A stretch of 64,000 nucleotides of DNA from Octopus sinensis (Eukaryota). Under the pieces are notes generated by a model. The model was not told the DNA's origin. It did not search any database and saw nothing but the letters and a program-made list of their open reading frames with translations. How positions within the stretch are numbered: position 1 is the stretch's first letter; every line of letters starts with the position of its first letter. Below, piece after piece: positions 11,736 to 24,774 of this stretch. The stretch spans positions 1-64,000 of the forward strand of contig NW_021832602.1 of NCBI RefSeq assembly GCF_006345805.1, read 5' to 3'. A program made the position numbers and the translations under genes.

Positions 11736-14700
11736 TTAATCATGTTCGGTGGCCTCCAACTCATGTTTAATAGAATCAATGATGGAGGAGATAGTTTGAG
11801 AGACACGGCGGATAGGATCGAGAGACATCACCTACAATGGAAGATAGTGGGATATACTGGAGTGGTTGGTGCTGGAATAAGGCGGGAAATGTGCTACAAT
11901 AAGGGGGAAAGGGAACCGAAAGACAGGCAGTAAGGGATTGTGTGATATTCAAAGAAGTGAGAGCCAAACAAGTGGCAAGATGAGTGGAGTGGTTGATGAG
12001 TCCAGTGTTGATAGCTCTGCGAGTTGTATAATTAGTGTAGGGGAGTGAGATAAGTGTGGCGAGACGGGAGACTATAAGTGAGTTAGGGAAGAGGACATAT
12101 TTGGAGGACGTGAGAGTGTGAGAGGAGGGTGGGCAACTGAATATCGGCAGCCCAAAGATGGACAAGTTGTGTGAAGACATTGGCACACCCATTGACACTG
12201 TGAGTAATGAATCGAACACACCCGTAGTTGATGTGCACACATTTGAGTGGAATCTCAGACTTGTTGATAGTGGCGAATGCAAAGAGCAGTTGAAATAGAA
12301 ATACTCGCCACTGAGTCACACTCTCCACGCTCACGTTCCAATTACCCGCATATGTAAGTCTCACCACCAACGAAGGATAAAACTGGATGTCTCGGAAGTA
12401 CACACCACCACCCATATCCTTCTCCCCCGAGGGCAGAACGTGGGACACACACTCATTAAGAAAAAGAAGCGAGTTCTAGAGTACTGGATGAATGCAAACT
12501 TGGTCGACGTCGATGTCAAAGGGACAAGAACTGATTCGGAGAATGTAGTCCTTAGTGTCGTCCCACTCATTGGCCACACCGAGCACTCTCACCACCTGAC
12601 TATAGTCGACCAACACTACCGCCTGTATATTCGACGGAATCCCCTTCTCTCGAAAACACGCCAGCATCCTGTACTCCTCGCAATTCACCCTCCCACGTAT
12701 CTCCACACATCGCACTCCAAATCCCCAGAACGAGTCCCTCTCCATCTTCTCGGGCGATTTCAAGTAAACTGACTTGATACTCTTCACCGACAACACTACA
12801 CTACTCTCCCCTCCAACACAGCTCAACGAAAACAAACTCACACTCAAGTCCACACGCACCCGTGGGAAGGGAAATGACTTGGGAGGGTCCGTTCGCTCAT
12901 TTTTCCTTCCCGCCTTGAAAAAATCATTCTTGACGTAAGGACAGTCATGTGCAGCGAATACAATCCTCGGCTCATATAACTACAATAAGACAACTATTCA
13001 CGTCATCTGGGCAGTCATCCAACGAGACCACTCCATCACTCAAAGGGGACGACTCAACACTCTTTACAGAAGAAGTGGTCTTTTTACACATTTCTATCAC
13101 ACCTTCACAATCCTCACACTCCACCCTCTCCACGTCCTCTCCCGCCTGCCCCGTAGCAATGAGGTCTATGCACTGTCTGAGCAAATATATTGTAGTCGGG
13201 AGAGTGTCTCTGCAAACTGATATCTCGAGACTATTGAGGGTAATAGACACAACTGAGTCCCCGCCCTTCAATGACCTCACCACCAGTACTTCTTGGCAGT
13301 CCCTCTTCATGTGAATCAGCGCACTTTTAATATCAATCATGTCCATGCTTAGTCTCCGCAAACAGATATCTTCCATGTATATACTGCCAGTAGAAACAAG
13401 GAGTACCAGTAGTGCCCATTGGAGGGAAACAACGATATGAAGAGGTCCAGTTTTAATGAGAAGGAAGCATCTGGTAGTACACTTCATGTTACCCGACTAC
13501 ATACCCTTCAAAATCAAAGGTCAAGTCCTTCAAACACAAATGAAATGCCGTTTTGGAGTGCTCGGTGTGGTCACCGCCAGAAACGGCAGATATTTTCGTC
13601 CACTTGTCGATAAACTAAAAAATAACCAAAAAAGAATTACAGAGGTGGATAGAGGAAGAAGGAGGTGTTCCAATTGAAGAACAAAATTGTGGTCTTGCCA
13701 CACAAAGAACAAGCGCGAATGTGTTTCGATATCACTAAATGCGTAGACTGATTGACTGTCCTCACGAGTGTGTGCGAATACATGCGCATTCGATAAATTG
13801 AATTGAATGACATATTGCAGATGGATACTCCCAATATCAACCACACAGTCAATGCTGGCTGCTCCTTCCGTTGCTCGGGGAGTGCGAATATAAGGAATAA
13901 GTGTGTCCAAGTCAATATCCATGGACTGAATGTGAACTGTGAGATGTGAGTGGACGAGTTGCTCCACGACCAGTTCGGTGAGTTTGAGGGGATCGACCTC
14001 GAGAAATAACTAGTGTTGATTGGCGGAAAGTACTACTGGTTGGTCAATGTGGAATTTGCCGTTGTACAGAGTAGGAATAAGAGGGGATATAAAGGGAGTG
14101 GTAGTGTAGTGTGCCATGTTAATAGTATTCCCACTCACCACTCTCGCCTGATGCAATGTGCCTGAGTGTGACTCTCCAACCAATACAAGCAAACTCGAGG
14201 ATGTGAATGTCAGTCCTCCCTCCCTTCTTTACCAAGTGGGCCTCGCTAATGGATACCCCCCATTCACTACTGGTCACTATCCACACCCACCCGTGCAGTA
14301 ATTCTGCCCTCTTAACACATACTTCACAGTCCCCACTTGCTCCGTCACTCCTCTGCTGAAGTAGGTCGAGTAATTGGTCGACTGAGTACAACACAATCGA
14401 GTCCATAAAAACAGAGAGGAAGTCTCCCTATTTGTTACAATAAAAGAGCACATAATATTTGAGAGGTGTCCTCGCCAGTACTATCTTAGCCACCAAACAG
14501 TCATTGGTCAATACATGGACACACTCTCCCACAGTGATGGACAGCCCCTCATTCTGAGTAATGTGAATGTCCCCAGTACTCCCTCTGTATGTGTTACCCA
14601 CATGCACACTCTATTTTCGTGTCCCCCAGCAAATATGTCACACATATGTGCCCAATCTGCACACTCGCCTCGACTCTATTGCCTCTCGACTTCGGGGCTA

Positions 14701-15461
14701 AAGAGGACACCAGATGATGCAAGGAAGGGTTGAGCGTGACGTGGAGAGAGGGGATGGTGCATTCCACAGTCAACTAGAGGGAATATGGGAGGACAGTACT
14801 GTGCCCTCCGAGAGTGTCAGTCTCATATCCATTCGCTCAGTCGTGAGTGCCTGAGGGAGTCAATTAATGTGTCACCATCCCATCAGTCGATTGAATCCCC
14901 ACATCACTCAAGGATACAATCTTGTCGACCAGCGAGTTGGTAATGTGTGGAGTGGATACCCCAATTCTGTAAATGTCCATTAATTGTGCTCACTCTCTTA
15001 TTCGTATAGTCAAGAATGAGCATTGCATTTTCACCTCCCATGTCACATTATTTATATTCACAATTATTCCTTTCATTACTAACAATAGATTGTCCATTCA
15101 TACTTGAATAGAACAGGTCTGTTATGCTCTCCACCGTGTCTTCAACCATGTCCTGTCTTCTGAGCGGACACGATCTTGCAGAGGTGACTGTGCTCTGCAA
15201 TGCCAGTCCCTCGATTGTCCACGTCCAGTGCTTCCCGAACGATATTTCGATCCCCTTCACTCTCCCACCCGATAATGAGTGCCGTACGCCCGCCTTTTCC
15301 AACTCCTCGTTTATTTTTGGCACGTTCAAGTCCAGGTTGCTTAGGCATATTCCCCCACTCACGTTTAGACTGAACTCCTCCCCCAAAATGAAGTATCCAC
15401 TCAGCACTGTGTTCACCAAACATTTTTGTGCTTCTCTTAGTTTGTTGTTAATGTAATTCAT
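11736..15461 (-). CDS. ATG2: Autophagy lipid-transfer protein ATG2-like, multi-exon with tiny introns
   Basis: Chorein-N-like start (ICLSNLDLNVPKINEEL...GRVKGIEISF); YILRISSCPFDIDVDQ; VYFRDIQFYPSLVVRLTYAG; ATINKSEIPLKCVHINYG matches the ATG2 AQLNCSELKLKRL region; ends DPIRRVSQTISSIIDSIKHELEATEHD*; exact exon structure not fully resolved. Confidence 0.8.
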
Positions 15462-15639
15462 TACACAAAGTGATTATATTTATTAATTTTCACGACTTAA
15501 TCATTATCAATATTAATATATTGTTTCCCCACTTTACAGTCCCATCAAATTCATCCAAACAAACTTTCCTTTGGCTGAAGCTTTAGCTATGAATAATGGA
15601 TTTGAACAGTCGTGGGTTCGAACCTGAAGGAGGCTAGTT

Positions 15640-15900
15640 TCCAGCTGTGGTCAATTCTCGTTATCGTTCCCCTGCCCGCGAAGGGACGAGTCCTTCTGGC
15701 ACGACGCAGTCGAAAATGGGGATCTCTTACCTTCCGGCCTTAGCGTGGCGTTATGGGGTCCACCATGTCAGGTGGAACTTCCAATTGGATATGGAAACGC
15801 TCAGGAGGCACTTAATGCCTTCGAAAAATGACTTCTAGGACTCTGACCCTGGGACATCGTCGTCCAGACCGATCATTGTGGGCAGGATCGAACCTTTCAG
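15640..15900 (+). pseudogene. Possible Ty3/gypsy RNase H remnant
   Basis: LSFPCP..HDAV..GLSVALWG..LPIGYG..AFEK*LLGL..IVVQTDH loosely follows DAS/PIAY/EKELLA/TDH; contains stops. Confidence 0.35.
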
Positions 15901-16059
15901 AAGGATCCCTCGTCGCTTGCAGCACATTCCAATAGACTTAATTACAAAACAAAATCGCCCTTTTAATCATTTTTACAAGGTTTTTACTACAATAAAAGAA
16001 TTTTAATAATAGTTGATTCGCCAATCTCCGGTGGAGGGATATCCACTGTTATCACCGAT

Positions 16060-16890
16060 AGGAAACGTGATTCAGTCCTTCGACCTCTATGCACACATTG
16101 GGCTATTCCTCATTAAAAACTACCTTTGTATCCCGCGTTTCACCTACTTACTCCGTTCATCCCTGTGTTTCCGGGAACCCGACCTGTTGTCTGACCTGTA
16201 TTTTATTATCTGGGTGTCTGTCGATAAATTACTCATTTTTAACTTCTCTGGAGACAAACTTACTCGTGCAATGTTACGTCTACGATTTGGTGGTATTGGT
16301 ATCCAATCGTGCATGGATATCTCTATGCCTTGCTACATATCTTCGCTTTTGGCATCGAAAAATTTTGTCAATTCTGTTCTTTTTTCCTCTCCTGAACATT
16401 TCGAACTGACTGAATTTTCTTCTGCTTTCAAAGTTTGGACTGCATCTGGTTTTGCCATCCCAGAGCTGGATCATTTTCAAAAAGTTGGGATTCCATTCGG
16501 TATATAAAAATCGTAAAATCCCTGAAAACAAGCTCAGATCAAATTGAACTCTTCTCAATGAACGCAGCCGCGCAACCACACTCAGGGGATTGGTTGAATT
16601 CCTTCCCACTATCCTCAGCCAGGTTTACTCTTGGATGATGAGTCAGTTCGACTCGGTACCTGTCTACGACTCGGAATCCCTCTTTGCCACCCCCATCCGT
16701 GCAAGTGTGGGTAGTTGATAGACTCGGATGGGCTTCACCCTCTTTCCTGGCGGTTAAGCGCTGGAGGTACCCCGAGACAGTCGAGTTTTAACAACTTCGT
16801 CAAACGGGGCCTTAATGCCGCAGGCCTCACTTCGGTTCTGGAGCCCATTAGTCTTGATCGCGAAAACGGTAAAAGTCCGGATAGAGTGCA
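16060..16890 (+). mobile_element. CRE-like fragment, decayed
   Basis: IPRFTYLLRSS, RFGGIGI, QPHSGDWLNSFP, HPCKCG, DRENGKSPD. Confidence 0.85.
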
Positions 16891-16899
16891 AGTGTGTTC

Positions 16900-17357
16900 G
16901 AGGGATTGTCGAGGAAGGAATTGGGGTCTGGCTGGTAGAAAACTGTGAGCAGATGACTAAACTGTGGGAAACACTCGGAATACTCAAATCGACACTCGAG
17001 TATGTGAGTAACATTTCCCAGTCCTCGGTTGGTTGGACGACTGGTGGACATTTGCTGAGGATATGAACAGTACTCCGTATTTTTGGGAGACCAAGCAGGA
17101 GAGCATCAGAAAGTTTATGTCTCCAGAAACTCAGTCTGGATGAACAGGATGTATTTTATGTGAGCAATGACAGAACGGACAAACACTGCGGCACGAATAT
17201 AATCACGCTTATCTACCACACGTACTTCACTTGAAAGCTCCATCTCTCCACAGGTCTTCGGCAGACTTCATATTTTCACAATGCCACGACTGATCAAATC
17301 GAAATAATCAGATCGAATGTCGACAAGTTCAAGGGATTGTACAGGATGCTGATTTAA
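16900..17357 (+). other. Unassigned spliced gene 3' fragment, probably pseudogenic
   Basis: GIGVWLVENCEQMTKLWETLGIL, candidate 22-nt intron GTATGTGAGT...CCCAG, terminal frame HNATTDQIEIIRSNVDKFKGLYRMLI*; contains an internal TGA. Confidence 0.3.
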
Positions 17358-17478
17358 GCATATTAAAAACCGCCTGTTTTAATCGGTACGTTTAAGAAAT
17401 AAAACAGTTTACAATCTAGATAAATTATATCGGTGAATAAGAAATAATTGGATTAAAAACAAAAACATCTTCAGTCAT

Positions 17479-19183
17479 TCATTCCATTTCATAGTGTGAT
17501 TGGTAGGATTTTACTAACAAATAAAAATTATCTAAACAACCATATGTGTTGTCAGTTGGGATATAAAAAACAAGAGCAGGCTCAAAACGGTATTTCAACA
17601 AAATTCGGCTATTATGCAAACCATTAAAAAATACTCGTAAAATAAATCTCCAACACTCTTGCCAAGTTCTATCAATCGTCGTTGCCTTATCAAATTGTAC
17701 ATACTGAGAGGAATAGTAGCATCATAATTGAGGTTACTGGTTACATAACAGCATACAAACCGGTATGCAGGGGACAAGAGAGTGAACCCTCTCAGCATAT
17801 GATCTTCCGGAAGGGCAACATTGAGAGGACTTGTTAAATTCCGACGAGTATGTTCAGCTAATATATTGAGATAAGCACACAAATCTGACCAAAATCTACA
17901 TTCAGAGAACTACAGAATACTTGTTGGGAAATATTGGGTAGTCAAATATTTGAGTATTTTCGTTCATCCAGCCAAGTATCAAAATTAGTGGAGGAATGAT
18001 ATAAGAGTGATTGATTCCCGTTGACAGTCCCCTCTTGATGAGGATGAGTGCAAGATTAACTGAAATAATAAGAACCTGTACCGGTGAATCCAATAGCCTC
18101 GAGCAAGAGGGGAGACGCCAAAGTTTGCTTATTCTTCAGAATGACGCTATAATGTACAAATGTGCCTACTCTGTCACGAATATGTTCAATACGCACACTT
18201 CCATCAGTTGGTAAAAACCCAAACCCTCGTCTACTGCTACAGAAAACCGTGATTTAAAACGTTCCCGAAGATACTCAAGCTTGTCTTCACCTAAAAATCT
18301 TTTTAGTACCAACCTTCACGTGTATGCAGCACAGCATGAAAGAAGAGCAAAGTGCTCATCCAAGAATCTACCATCGACGAAGGTCCGAGAGTGTGACTAT
18401 TGTGAAATGGATAGCAAACCCTTGGTGACATATTTTTGTGAGGAGGACATCGAGGTTGACTTTTCCTGCCATGAACGGTCGGTCAATGGCTACACTTCGA
18501 ATATATAAAAAAGCAGCAGTGAGTTTGTTTCCGGCCAGAATTGCCAGTTGGTTGTATACATGGCCATTTATAGGTTGAAGGTTCTTCCCCAAATCGTAAT
18601 ACTCGCGAGCCTCATCAGTGGAATTCCCGTACCTACCTGATATTAGAAACACCTTCTCTACAAATGTCCCCCAGGTGGATAAGGCAGTCTTGGCATATAA
18701 ACAACTCATAGTCCTTCCTTTGGACGTTCCTCTCGTATGTTTGCGAAACGCTAAAATTAATAAGACGGTTTTGAGGAAAAGATATGTTGAAATTGTTGGA
18801 AAGTTTTTCTAGCAACTACTTAAAAGTCAAAACTAAAATAACTTTGATATAGAATCCTTTGATTGAGGAGAGGGCAAATTGGTAGTTCTAGAAATGTTAG
18901 TTCGTAGATACATTTGAGTTTTTTTTAATATAGGTCAGTTTATTTTTAATTACAGTATTCCACCTATCAATTATTAATCTGATAAAACAATTTTTGCTCG
19001 CATCTGTGGTGGAGGGATTCTTCGGTGTACTCTAAAAGGGCTGTGCTGTACAAGTTTAGCAGGTCCCAGTTTATATATACTGAATCTTGACGATCTAGCT
19101 ATATGGGTCATACTATATACGGGTTTCCTTTTCAATTTCCCTGATTTATTATAAGTGTACAACAACCTGAGTAATTCCTCCAT
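17479..19183 (-). CDS. SMG7: NMD factor SMG7-like (EST1 and EST1_DNA_bind domains), multi-exon
   Basis: SIKGFYIKL, ICQDCLIHLGDICR, YNQLAILA, FLYIRSVAIDRPF, LPEDHMLRGF, IRQRRLIELGK follow SMG7 in order; ends approximate. Confidence 0.8.
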
Positions 19184-19323
19184 TATTTTAATGTATTAAT
19201 AATAATTATTTCATAGACTATTTTTTCTGTAGGACTTATGTAATTAAAATACGCTATTATGAAATTTTTCTCAATTTCTTATCTGTCAATTTTTTATAGA
19301 ACATGCAATTTATTAAATAATTA

Positions 19324-20013
19324 ATGAGGACTCTCGGCCGCACATCCTCACAGCGCGCATGGCTCGGCGCCTACCCATCTACATCAACAGGAACCTTTTT
19401 GGATGACGACTGCCTGAGGATCGGGATCTTCTTTCGGCTTGGCCTCGAAATATGCAGCATCCACCGATGCCGATGTGGAGCCAAAGTCAACGCTAAAGGG
19501 CTCCACCCTCTTTCGTGTCGTAGGAGTGCCGATCGAAGTCTCGGCCACGCCTCGCTAAATGACGTCGTGCTTAGAGCCCTCAAGACTGCAGGCTTTCCGT
19601 CACAACTTGAGCCTGTCGGATTGGACCGTGGTGACGCTAGACGCCCAGACAGAATGACAATCTTTCCTTTTCGGGACGGCAAGTGCCTCGTCTGGGATGC
19701 TACGTGCATCGACTCTTTCTCTCCATCGGCAATCATGTCATCTGCCACTTCCCCCATGTCCGCTGCGGAAAACGCTGATACGGCCAAAATTAAAAAATAC
19801 CAAGAACTTGGACGCCGTTTTATATTCTTACCAATCGCTTTGGAGACATCGGGCGTCGCAGGGCCTCTAACCTCGGCCTTCATCAGCGACATCGGGAGGA
19901 AATTGGCCCACAGGACGAAAGAGCCACGCGAGGTTTCGTGGCTATTGCAGCGGATATCTATCGCTATTCTCCGTGGCAACACGCATGCGGTACTTTCCGC
20001 AGGAGGGTGCTAG
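19324..20013 (+). mobile_element. CRE-like 3' fragment (knuckle plus RLE), frame intact
   Basis: CRCGAKVNAKGLHPLSC, RPDRMT, WDATCIDS, PIALETSG, WLLQRISIAILRGN. Confidence 0.9.
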
Positions 20014-20014
20014 T

Positions 20015-20230
20015 ATATTTATGAAATTGCTAATTTTTATCTGGTTTAATTCAGTTCTGGTCAAGTCTTTAATTCTCTTCAATGCTTCTTCATAAATTTT
20101 CACCATAACTTTATTTTTTAGAACGTTGCAATTTTTATCTTCAAGAACCCCCAGATATCGATATCCTTTGAGCCCATCGAGTAAGGAAGCTTTCATAGAC
20201 AAAGACTTGACATTTGTCGCAAATTTTTCA
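20015..20230 (-). mobile_element. R4/Dong-like RT fragment
   Basis: GYRYLGVLED...ALKRIKDLTRTELN. Confidence 0.6.
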
Positions 20231-20399
20231 CATTTCTTTCCAATCCTGCTGGGTCAAAAAACGATTCAACTTCTTCTACCATCATTTCCATTACGTCATT
20301 GTGACGCGAAAATAATGTTTCCTAATGAAGGTGATCGATAGGAGAAGATTTTTACATCCCGTTATCGTTCTGAGCCTAGCATTTTGAACTCGTAAATTT

Positions 20400-20615
20400 T
20401 CAAGGGATGTAAACAAGACGCATGGAGACTAGCAGGGGGAGCCATAATTCATTGTTGTTCGAATGATTTGTTTGTATATCAACTTTCTTGACTTGTTCAA
20501 AAGAATAACCCGTGACTGCACGTAGTGCGTTCAGCCTGCGCCTGTCTTTAGTACATATCGTATTCACGTGGGTAGAAAAATTCAGAAATTGGTCATACGT
20601 GACACCCAAATAAAA
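20400..20615 (-). mobile_element. Jockey/I-group RT C-terminal fragment
   Basis: LGVTYDQFLNFSTHVNTICTK..RRLNALRAV. Confidence 0.7.
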
Positions 20616-20754
20616 AGTTATCGATCATTTCTGTGTATTCAGAAAAAAATTCTAACTATCTATACTAATTCAATATTTTAAATTTAAAGCCTCTTTTTAT
20701 TTTAAAATATTTTTTATTTTTGAATAGACTAACACTCACGGTTCACTCTGTGTC

Positions 20755-22837
20755 ATGATTCAAGCATTGTATATTTCGTGCCTTTTTAATGACGATTCTC
20801 TTGAACCATTATGTCTTGAAATGCACCCGGTTAATATATACTATTTATTTAAAGAGTCTAGTCGAAATATCTAACGTTCATTTAATAGATCTTCTTTTGA
20901 ACAATTTTTTTTGTTCAGAAATAAATGAAATTTACATATTCTGTCAAAGACAAACTGATCAAATTGTTCAGCACATAAAGTTGTCTAAGCATTAAAATAA
21001 TAAAATATTTTAGTAAACTGCGCCAAAAATATTTTAAATTAAGTTTCAAATTTATCTACAACGAACATTGCAAATCAATTGGAGATGTTCTCCGACTTGT
21101 CTGCAACTTGAAAATTTTTACTGAACATTTCGTCCTTATTGCTAATCCAATTGTTTCTCGTTTGGACATATCAGCTTGTTTTGTTCGACATAAATTAAAA
21201 AAAGATCCGCTAGTAACAACTCTGGTTTATAAAATCGGATATTCTGGTATGTCAGAACTCAATGAGTTTCTTAATTTGACTGTCGTGGCTGATTCGGGTC
21301 TTCTTGTTAACTACAAGCATACTGGATATCCATCTGATATCGAATTATTCTCGGTAATTTTATTTACTTTTTCTATCGATGATAATATTTTTAAATTAGC
21401 ACTGAAATGTCGTCTTTGTGTATACAAAACTAATACTTAATAGATAATGAGTCGTTATAAACTTCCACCCGTTCTCTCTTCTTGTACCGATGCCATTCAA
21501 ACTAACGTGGCAATATGTTCTCCATTATTTTTAACAATATTTATTGACAATTTCGATTTTCATACCCTCGGTGACTTTTTTTACGAGCACTGTGAAAATC
21601 AGGAAGTTTAAAATATTTATACATTTTAGATTATGTCCAATAATGTTTATGTTGAATTCAGTGACGAATATGTTTTGCCAATAACTTCGATCGAAACGTA
21701 TTACAAGGCTTGGTGAGAATATTTTAATTATTTTAGCATGGATGACCTTTCGAGTGCATTAGAACAGCCAAGAGTCAATGATTACGATTATTTTCCCAAG
21801 AATAATGTTTTTTGTCATAAGTCGGCTACTATTCATCACAGGTTTATTACCATTGGTTATTTATAAATTAGTGCTAATATTCTATCTTCAATTGTTGGTC
21901 CAAATACACACATTGGTCGCTCATGTACTGTTAAAAGTAGTTCAATTTCGTCGAATGTGATTATCAACTCGAATGTGACCATTTCAAACTCGATCATATA
22001 CTCGGATTGCATAATTGAAGATCGATCTATATGTCTCACCTCAATTTTAGCAAAATTTTCGCGTCTTTGTTCAAAATCTTTTATTTCGTCAGGAGTTTTG
22101 ATTGGTCCTGGTGTTAAACTTGAGGGAAATTCAGTCTTAACCTCTTCGCGACTCATTTGCACAGGAAATGTGGAAGCACGTTTCTCAGACTCTGCATATT
22201 TTTACCGCCATTATAGAAATGAAGGGAATTGTACTTCTAAATGGGGAGTTTCTCGGGCTATTGTGGACAATTCTGATGATCTGGAAAGTTTTAGCCCTGA
22301 AAATGACGAAAACTTTATTTCCGAGGCTCATGAGACGATTAGTCGCTATTTAGGCAGTAAGGCGTCAGGAGTTGATAACCTTATCATTGAATTGAATTCT
22401 CTGAAGCTGATTTGCAATCTTTCAATTTCTCAGCTGCAAGAATGCGTTATTGTTTTATTCCTTAAATTTGTGAACCAGGATGAAAAATTATTTTTTTCGG
22501 ACTTATCTCAAGTTGATTTTATTATTTTTTAGTAATGTTTAGTTATTCGAACAAATGGCCCCAGTATTGAAATTTTATTTGAAAACAATAGAAGCACAGA
22601 TTGATTCTTTATTTGGAGTCGAAGTTAGTTATAGTGTTTTTATTCAAGAAATATTTGGCTTGTGCGTCTTATCTTCAGACTGAGCTCCCTCGAATTTTAA
22701 TGCTTTTTTACGAATTAGACATTATTCACGAGGATGCATTTTTATCTTGGTATCCTCAAGTGGAAAACTCTCAAGTTAAGAAGTGTTCCTTCTCTTTTAT
22801 TGACTGGCTTACCAACGCGGATGAAGAGTCTGATTAA
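20755..22837 (+). CDS. EIF2B5: Translation initiation factor eIF2B subunit epsilon, multi-exon
   Basis: IQALYISC..EPLCLEMHPSLVEISNVHLIDLLL (NT-like domain), hexapeptide left-handed beta-helix near 21850-22150, W2 domain ending YELDIIHEDAFLSWY..FIDWLTNADEESD*. Confidence 0.9.
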
Positions 22838-23062
22838 TATTGTTTAATTAAAATTTTTTACTAGGTATTAGTTTACTTATATGATATTTTGGTAGAATTA
22901 ATTTACACCAGGTATTTACCATTAAAAAAGATGGATGCTTCATTAATCCTAAAACATAATTGTCATTCTCTTAAATTGACATCACTTTAAAGTTTATTTT
23001 TCAAGTCATTTCAATATCGACAAATTAGCCATATGAAATAAGATTTTTTCTTATCTAATTAA

Positions 23063-23394
23063 GAGTTTGGGATGCGACGTGTTCAGACACTTTCTCGGAG
23101 CTCAACCTTCCTTCTTCAGCTGTCGAGCCTGGCTCAGTCTCTCGCAAAACCGAGAAGATGAAGATTGGAAAGTACAAGGAGCTCTCTGAACGGTATCTGT
23201 TCACTCCCATCGCCGTCGAGACTTCCGGCGTCATCGGCGAAAAGTCTCTTTCCTTTCTAAAAAAGCTTGGCCGCATGATCTCCCATAAACGGGGAGACCC
23301 ACGCGAGTCCAAGTGGCTTTTCGAAAGGATTTCCTTGGCCATAGTACGTGGAAACTGTGTTTCCATTTACGATGCCGGGAATTTAGTTAGTTAA
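23063..23394 (+). mobile_element. CRE-like RLE 3' fragment
   Basis: WDATCSDT, PIAVETSG, WLFERISLAIVRGN. Confidence 0.9.
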
Positions 23395-23524
23395 TAACTA
23401 TTTGTTAATTACATATAACATTTTTATAAAGACATTAAGAGTTTTAATATGATTTTTGTTTGATCAATCAAATATAAAACTAACATAACGTATAAATTTG
23501 CGCTAACGTAAGTTTTTTTTAATT

Positions 23525-24580
23525 GTTCTCCATGAGAACTGCTATTGAGACACGTTCAAAAAGCCGATTAAGCTTGGGGGGTCGTTTCTAATTCCTCCTA
23601 GGTGGAGGTCTCTCTCGGTAAGAAAACGAAGTGTAGATAGTCTTAGTGTGCCTGAGGTTTCGACCGACACTGGTTCGAAGATGAATCTGTCCAAAAGATA
23701 TTCATATTTATTGGTTTTGCGAATCTCAGCTTTCGTCGCCACTGTGCCGGGGCTTTTACGACTAGAGAGTTGGTGTAGACCTTTGCAAACTATATAGGTC
23801 CCGGTGTGGAATTAATTAGGCTGATAAATTTCCAGGCAGAGTCGAAGAGAAATTCCAATTCTTGAGCACTTTGGGTCTAGCAAGGTTCCATCTTTAGGGG
23901 AAGGATAAGCGCCTGTCCGTAGAGATGCTCTGGACAACAAGCAAGCACGCCGGTGTTGATCTCTGTAAGACAGTAAGTGCCAGAAAGACTGAGAGCTGCT
24001 GACCTTCGCCCATTCACGCATTTGGCATAGGTCTTCGGGAGTTTTGAGTCCGATAGCTATCCACAACGATGTACAGTATGAAAGCTCTTCGTCCGTGGAC
24101 GCTCCAGAGGGAAGAAAAAGAATCTGGACTACATGAGCCAGCATGGCAAAAAGAGGACAAAGGGGGACTGGAATCCGAAACCCCCGTGCCTAATAGTCAG
24201 GATAGACTGTTTCCAGTCCATATCGTTGAAATGTACATTGGAAATCTGAACAAAAGTATTTCTCATCAACGAATCGAATTCTCCGACTTTGTACGGGAAT
24301 CGGAAACAGAGTGAAGTACGGAGTGCGTACTTCCAAACGAGGAAAAGCAAGAAAGTTCTTCAAGAGAAAGGAAGCCACATGGGCGTCGAATGATTTTTAC
24401 ATTATACAAAGTTTAGCGTTGAGGAATGGTTGAATTCCGAACGAGAAAAGAGGCGTGCTAAAAAGAGTGAGATCTTTGGGCAAAACGGTGGGTATGGCTG
24501 GGAGATAATAGTCAAACCAATGGCGGATTTCCAAAATAAAGATTGCATGGTCGTAGCCAATGTTGATAATCTCTAATTTT
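23525..24580 (-). mobile_element. CRE-like fragment, decayed
   Basis: KLEIINI, DAHVASFLLKNF, RHGGFG, RIGISLRL, PVSVETSG. Confidence 0.8.
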
Positions 24581-24774
24581 TGTGGGTACACCGTTTTGGC
24601 CTTTTTCTGCGGAGCTTGTGCCAAGGTATCATCAACATGAGAATCTGATTTAGAATTCCTTTGTTCAAAAGATTCGGTTTGTGAAGAAGCCATGGGATTA
24701 AAAATTTTATCAAAATAAAATTTTTTCAAGTTTAACACAAATATATGATTTATTTATTTTTTATTAAAATACAA

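Noticed and set aside
11736-15461. Stop-codon reassignment (TAA/TAG read as Gln) to explain the fragmented ORFs
   Set aside because: The interruptions are explained by 22-27-nt GT-AG introns whose removal restores ATG2 motifs, and genes end in ordinary TAA/TAG.
15568-15636. tRNA gene or SINE head (GGTTCGAACC B-box, possible acceptor pairing)
   Set aside because: The T-stem 3' arm and anticodon arm do not pair; at most a degenerate remnant.
24397-24738. Novel 113-aa orphan ORF
   Set aside because: Its C-terminal two-thirds (KLEIINI...LTLFSTPL...NAKL) aligns with the CRE RT region and continues into DAHVASFLLKN; only a short unrelated N-terminus is fused.
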